Shown: positions 60,842 to 64,000 of the stretch, piece after piece
How the letters are laid out: every line of letters starts with the position of its first letter
Position numbering within the stretch: the first letter of the stretch is position 1
Origin: Thermoplasmatales archaeon
GTDB taxonomy: Archaea; Thermoplasmatota; Thermoplasmata; Thermoplasmatales; GCA-001856825
Assembly (NCBI GenBank): GCA_027343225.1
Contig: DAHWMK010000018.1
Location: forward strand, 4,868-68,867
Direction of reading: 5' to 3'
DNA: 64,000 nucleotides
Made by a program: the position numbers and the translations under genes
The notes under the pieces: generated by a model
Database searches by the model: none
Seen by the model: the letters and a program-made list of their open reading frames with translations, nothing else
What the model was told of the DNA's origin: nothing

Positions 60842-62726
60842 TGTGAAAATTGGTCTTGAGATACACTTTCAAGTAAGCGGAAGAAAACTATTTTGCGAAT
60901 GCCAGGGGGAAGAAGGAAATGAAGAGCTTGGGACTTTTGTCAGAAGACTTACCGTCGTCTCTGGAGAAAGGTCTGAAAAGGATGTCGCGGCTCTTCAGGA
61001 ATCCATGAAGGGGAAAGTTTTCGAGTACATCAGAACGGAAAACTCCTGCCTGGTGGAGATGGATGAAGAGCCTCCTCATCCTCCGGGGAAGGAAACACTG
61101 GAGACGGCTATAATAGTCTCCCTCATACTTGGCTGCAAGATAGTAGATAACGTTCATTTCATGAGGAAGATAGTCATAGATGGATCCAATACCTCAGGAT
61201 TTCAGAGGACCGGAATAATTGGACTTCACGGTAGCTTCAGGACGGATTCTAAGAACATTGGAATAACATCCGTCACCCTGGAAGAAGAAGCTTGTAAGAA
61301 GGTAAGAGAGGATGGGAGCAAGGTAGTATATTCGCTGGACAGGCTTGGCATTCCCCTAATCGAAATTGCGACGGATCCAGATATTCGTTCGCCTAAAGAA
61401 GCGAGAGAAGTTGCGCAGAGTATTGGGCTGGCCGTCCGGCAGAGTGGAATGATCAGGAGAGAAGCTAGCAGCATAAGACAGGATCTGAATGTTTCAATCA
61501 GAGGCGGGAACAGGGTTGAGATAAAAGGTGTTCAATCCCTCTCTCAGATCGAGAAGGTATTGGCAAAGGAGATAGAGAGACAGGAGTCTCTGGTGGAGAT
61601 TGCTGGTATACTCAAGAACAGAGCGGTCTCTGCCGATCTGCGATTAGAAGACTTGACATCATCAGACTTCTTCAAGAAATCTGAAATATTCACCAATGGC
61701 GTTAAGAGCGGTAAGAAAATTTATGGGTTCAGCCTCCCAGGACTTTCGGGTATCTTAAACAACGGAAAGTTCAGACTGGGGCGCGAAATAGCAGAAAGAC
61801 TCAGGGCGGTAGGAATTGGGGGGTTCATCCATTCTGATGAGCTTCCAAACTATGGAATAGAGGAGAGAGAGAAGCTAGAGATATCTCGAAAACTCGGAGT
61901 TAAAAACGAAGATGCATTTGGATTGGTGGTTCTGGAAGCTGCCAGGATAGAAGAGTGCATTGAGATTGTACAAAGAAGAATTCTAGAATCATTGAACGGA
62001 GTGCCTGCCGAAACTAGAGGTGCCACTGAAACTGGGACAAAATTCTTGAGACCGCTCCCGGGAAGTTCAAGAATGTACCCCGAAACTGACATACCCCTAA
62101 TCCCTCTGGATTCGAACTATCTGAAGGACGTAGAGAAGAAGATTCCTCCAACGGTAGAACAGAGAGTTGAATATCTCGAATCCCTCGGCATCCCGAGGCA
62201 GGAGGCCTTCAACTCCCTATGGAAAGAGTATGATGAAATACTTGAATCAGTCGTCAGGGATTACGGAAACCCAAAGGTCTGTGCAAAATTTCTTTCAGTC
62301 GTTTATTCAACAGAGTCTCCTGACATTGACGGGGCTAGAAACCTACTAGCAAGGTACGCAATGGGGAACATACCTTCGGAATCACTTGAATCACTTTATA
62401 GGGACGGAGAATTCGATCTTTCCAAAAACAGGAAAATAATTCTGGTCAAAGATCGACGTGTCGGTTCTGCACTTTGGATACAGGACGAAAATGGCAGAAG
62501 GGAGATCGGAATGGATTTCAAAATAAAGGGGGAGAGCAACGTTGAACTGGTAAGAGTTGTGGAGAAGGTGGTCAGTGACAATAAAGAGTTGATTAAAGAG
62601 AGAGGGGAAGACTCATTCAAACTTCTTATGGGAACGGTAATGAAACAGGTAAGGGGACGATTCGAAGGTAGGGAGATTTCAGAGCTGCTTTCCCAAAAGA
62701 TAAAGGAAGCTCTGGCAAAACAGTAG
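60813..62726 (+). CDS. gatE: Glu-tRNA(Gln) amidotransferase subunit E (start 60813-60822)
   Basis: GLEIH, KLFC, DGSNTSGFQRT, LDRLGIPLIE and RMYPETD. Confidence 0.97.
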   Translation: MRLLKDEQNDVKIGLEIHFQVSGRKLFCECQGEEGNEELGTFVRRLTVVSGERSEKDVAALQESMKGKVFEYIRTENSCLVEMDEEPPHPPGKETLETAIIVSLILGCKIVDNVHFMRKIVIDGSNTSGFQRTGIIGLHGSFRTDSKNIGITSVTLEEEACKKVREDGSKVVYSLDRLGIPLIEIATDPDIRSPKEAREVAQSIGLAVRQSGMIRREASSIRQDLNVSIRGGNRVEIKGVQSLSQIEKVLAKEIERQESLVEIAGILKNRAVSADLRLEDLTSSDFFKKSEIFTNGVKSGKKIYGFSLPGLSGILNNGKFRLGREIAERLRAVGIGGFIHSDELPNYGIEEREKLEISRKLGVKNEDAFGLVVLEAARIEECIEIVQRRILESLNGVPAETRGATETGTKFLRPLPGSSRMYPETDIPLIPLDSNYLKDVEKKIPPTVEQRVEYLESLGIPRQEAFNSLWKEYDEILESVVRDYGNPKVCAKFLSVVYSTESPDIDGARNLLARYAMGNIPSESLESLYRDGEFDLSKNRKIILVKDRRVGSALWIQDENGRREIGMDFKIKGESNVELVRVVEKVVSDNKELIKERGEDSFKLLMGTVMKQVRGRFEGREISELLSQKIKEALAKQ

Positions 62727-62883
62727 CGTTCTCCTACCTAAAAGCGATTTCCCTCATATGATTTTGCAGATTCACTAATTGAAACACCACTTTACCACCC
62801 TCTCGACAGTTCGAATATGATGCTTACAGATTGAAACAAAGAGAATGTCAATTATAAGTTGAAAATATGAGGTAAAGTCAAGA

Positions 62884-63348
62884 TCAAAACATTACTGGTT
62901 TTTCTATTTCTTTAAGTGAAATAGGATTTAAAGCAATTGAAAAATCTAACTTTCCTGCATTGAAGTATACTTTCTGTTCTTTCAATAGGTCCTTATCCAG
63001 GAATAATTTTAAGTTGAAAATGCTGCCAACTGGTGGCAGTTCACCGAAGTTGCAACCTGTTATATCCTTGAGCTGATTCCTATCTGCCAGTCTTATCTCG
63101 TCTGCATTCAGGAGCTCTTTTATGAGTTCTAAATTTGCCCGCTTCTGTGCCTGTATTGCCACTACCGCAAAACCCTTGAACCCCCGACCCTTGTATTGAA
63201 CGAGCAGAGCTTTTACTTGCTGTTCGTATCTTGTGTGCAACGTATTATGATATTCCTCAGCACTTCCGCATGCGGGGTGCTCTATGCTTTCGAAAGCAAC
63301 ACCATTTTTTGAAAGGAGTTCTTTAATTTTTAGATCAACGCTTTCCAT
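62884..63348 (-). CDS. YbaK/aminoacyl-tRNA editing domain protein (YeaK/ProXp-like)
   Basis: EH, KALL, RLA, TGCNFGELPP and FNAG. Confidence 0.88.
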   Translation of the reverse strand: MESVDLKIKELLSKNGVAFESIEHPACGSAEEYHNTLHTRYEQQVKALLVQYKGRGFKGFAVVAIQAQKRANLELIKELLNADEIRLADRNQLKDITGCNFGELPPVGSIFNLKLFLDKDLLKEQKVYFNAGKLDFSIALNPISLKEIEKPVMF

Positions 63349-63494
63349 AAGAGCGCATTAGGGCACTCACAAGAACTTTTCGTAATCAATCACTTGGATA
63401 TTTCACACCTTAAGGGTTAAAAATATACTATTAATCGGGTATATCAACGGAGAATTGACAATCTCGAAACAAAGAAAAGTTTAAGTATTGACCG

Positions 63495-63995
63495 ATGGTT
63501 TTAGTCAGGTTAAAAATGAGTGAAAGTTCTGAATTTCCAAAGTTTAAGTGCCTTATCACAAACACCATGGAAGAGTATGATTCTGGAGTGTGGGAATTCT
63601 TTAGACACTATGATTGCATAATTTCAGATTTTGGTCAACTGATGATCATTGACAATGAATGGAGGGAAAACTACGTCAAACTGATGCGGTACTACTCTGA
63701 CCTAGGGTCATCGATAATTCTCAAACGGGACGCTCCTGATCCAGGATTTCTAGCCGCCTTCTTGTCCAAAGAAATAGAGGACACTGACGAAGAAGATGTT
63801 CTCCTCCGTGCAAAGAGCAGCACAGTGGGTTATTTGCTCCGCATGGGATCCGATCTGGAAATGCTCATGGCGGAATTCATCAGACTCAGCAGAATACCAA
63901 GATTCTCCGGGAACTTCACAGTGGACAAGTTTGAAGGCATCAGACTTCTTGCCAAAGTTTTTTACAGCAGGGGCATAGAGAAGTCTAAGCAATGA
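63495..63995 (+). CDS. Hypothetical protein (start 63495 or 63516)
   Basis: 166-aa acidic ORF behind an AAAAGTTTAAG BRE/TATA-like motif; no family recognised. Confidence 0.6.
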   Translation: MVLVRLKMSESSEFPKFKCLITNTMEEYDSGVWEFFRHYDCIISDFGQLMIIDNEWRENYVKLMRYYSDLGSSIILKRDAPDPGFLAAFLSKEIEDTDEEDVLLRAKSSTVGYLLRMGSDLEMLMAEFIRLSRIPRFSGNFTVDKFEGIRLLAKVFYSRGIEKSKQ

Positions 63996-64000
63996 TCTCT

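Noticed and set aside
1-64000. CRISPR arrays, IS elements, integrases, rRNA, inteins in RNAP/Lon/Lhr
   Set aside because: No regularly spaced repeats or transposase/integrase motifs were seen by eye. Protein lengths and motif continuity leave no room for inteins.

Overview
Archaeal chromosomal segment, most likely Thermoplasmatales/Thermoplasmata, judged from the single rpoB, split rpoA'/rpoA'', membrane-anchored LonB, GatDE, DTD2, GGTGA/GGAGG Shine-Dalgarno (SD) motifs and many apparently leaderless first genes. Layout: (i) 1-7.9 kb core genes: Lhr helicase with an in-frame TAG, cgi121, lonB, folD, rpl18e-rpl13-rps9-rpoN-tRNA-Pro(GGG). (ii) About 8.1-33.5 kb accessory catabolic block: an amino-sugar/glycoside cluster, a saccharopine-dehydrogenase-like + 3x SCP2 + APC permease operon, CDGSH protein, fused ETF, PrpD, K+ channel and GGT. 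(iii) 33.9-64 kb core genes: methylthiotransferase, rpoH-B-A'-A''-rpl30e-nusA, a Mut7-C/pelota operon facing a ubiquitin-like gene, ogg, carbamate kinase, dtdA, dys, tyrS, glyA, rpoL, nadM, gatDE and YbaK. No CRISPR array, rRNA, transposase or integrase was seen. Most notable signals: three informational genes (cgi121, rpl13, rpoH) whose conserved N-termini have no ATG/GTG/TTG but do have an ATC, ATT or ACG codon behind an SD; a single amber codon in a conserved Lhr motif; the triple-SCP2 operon; and a nitrilase-fold protein with Ser in place of the catalytic Cys. All calls come from motif recognition by eye, and no searches were run.
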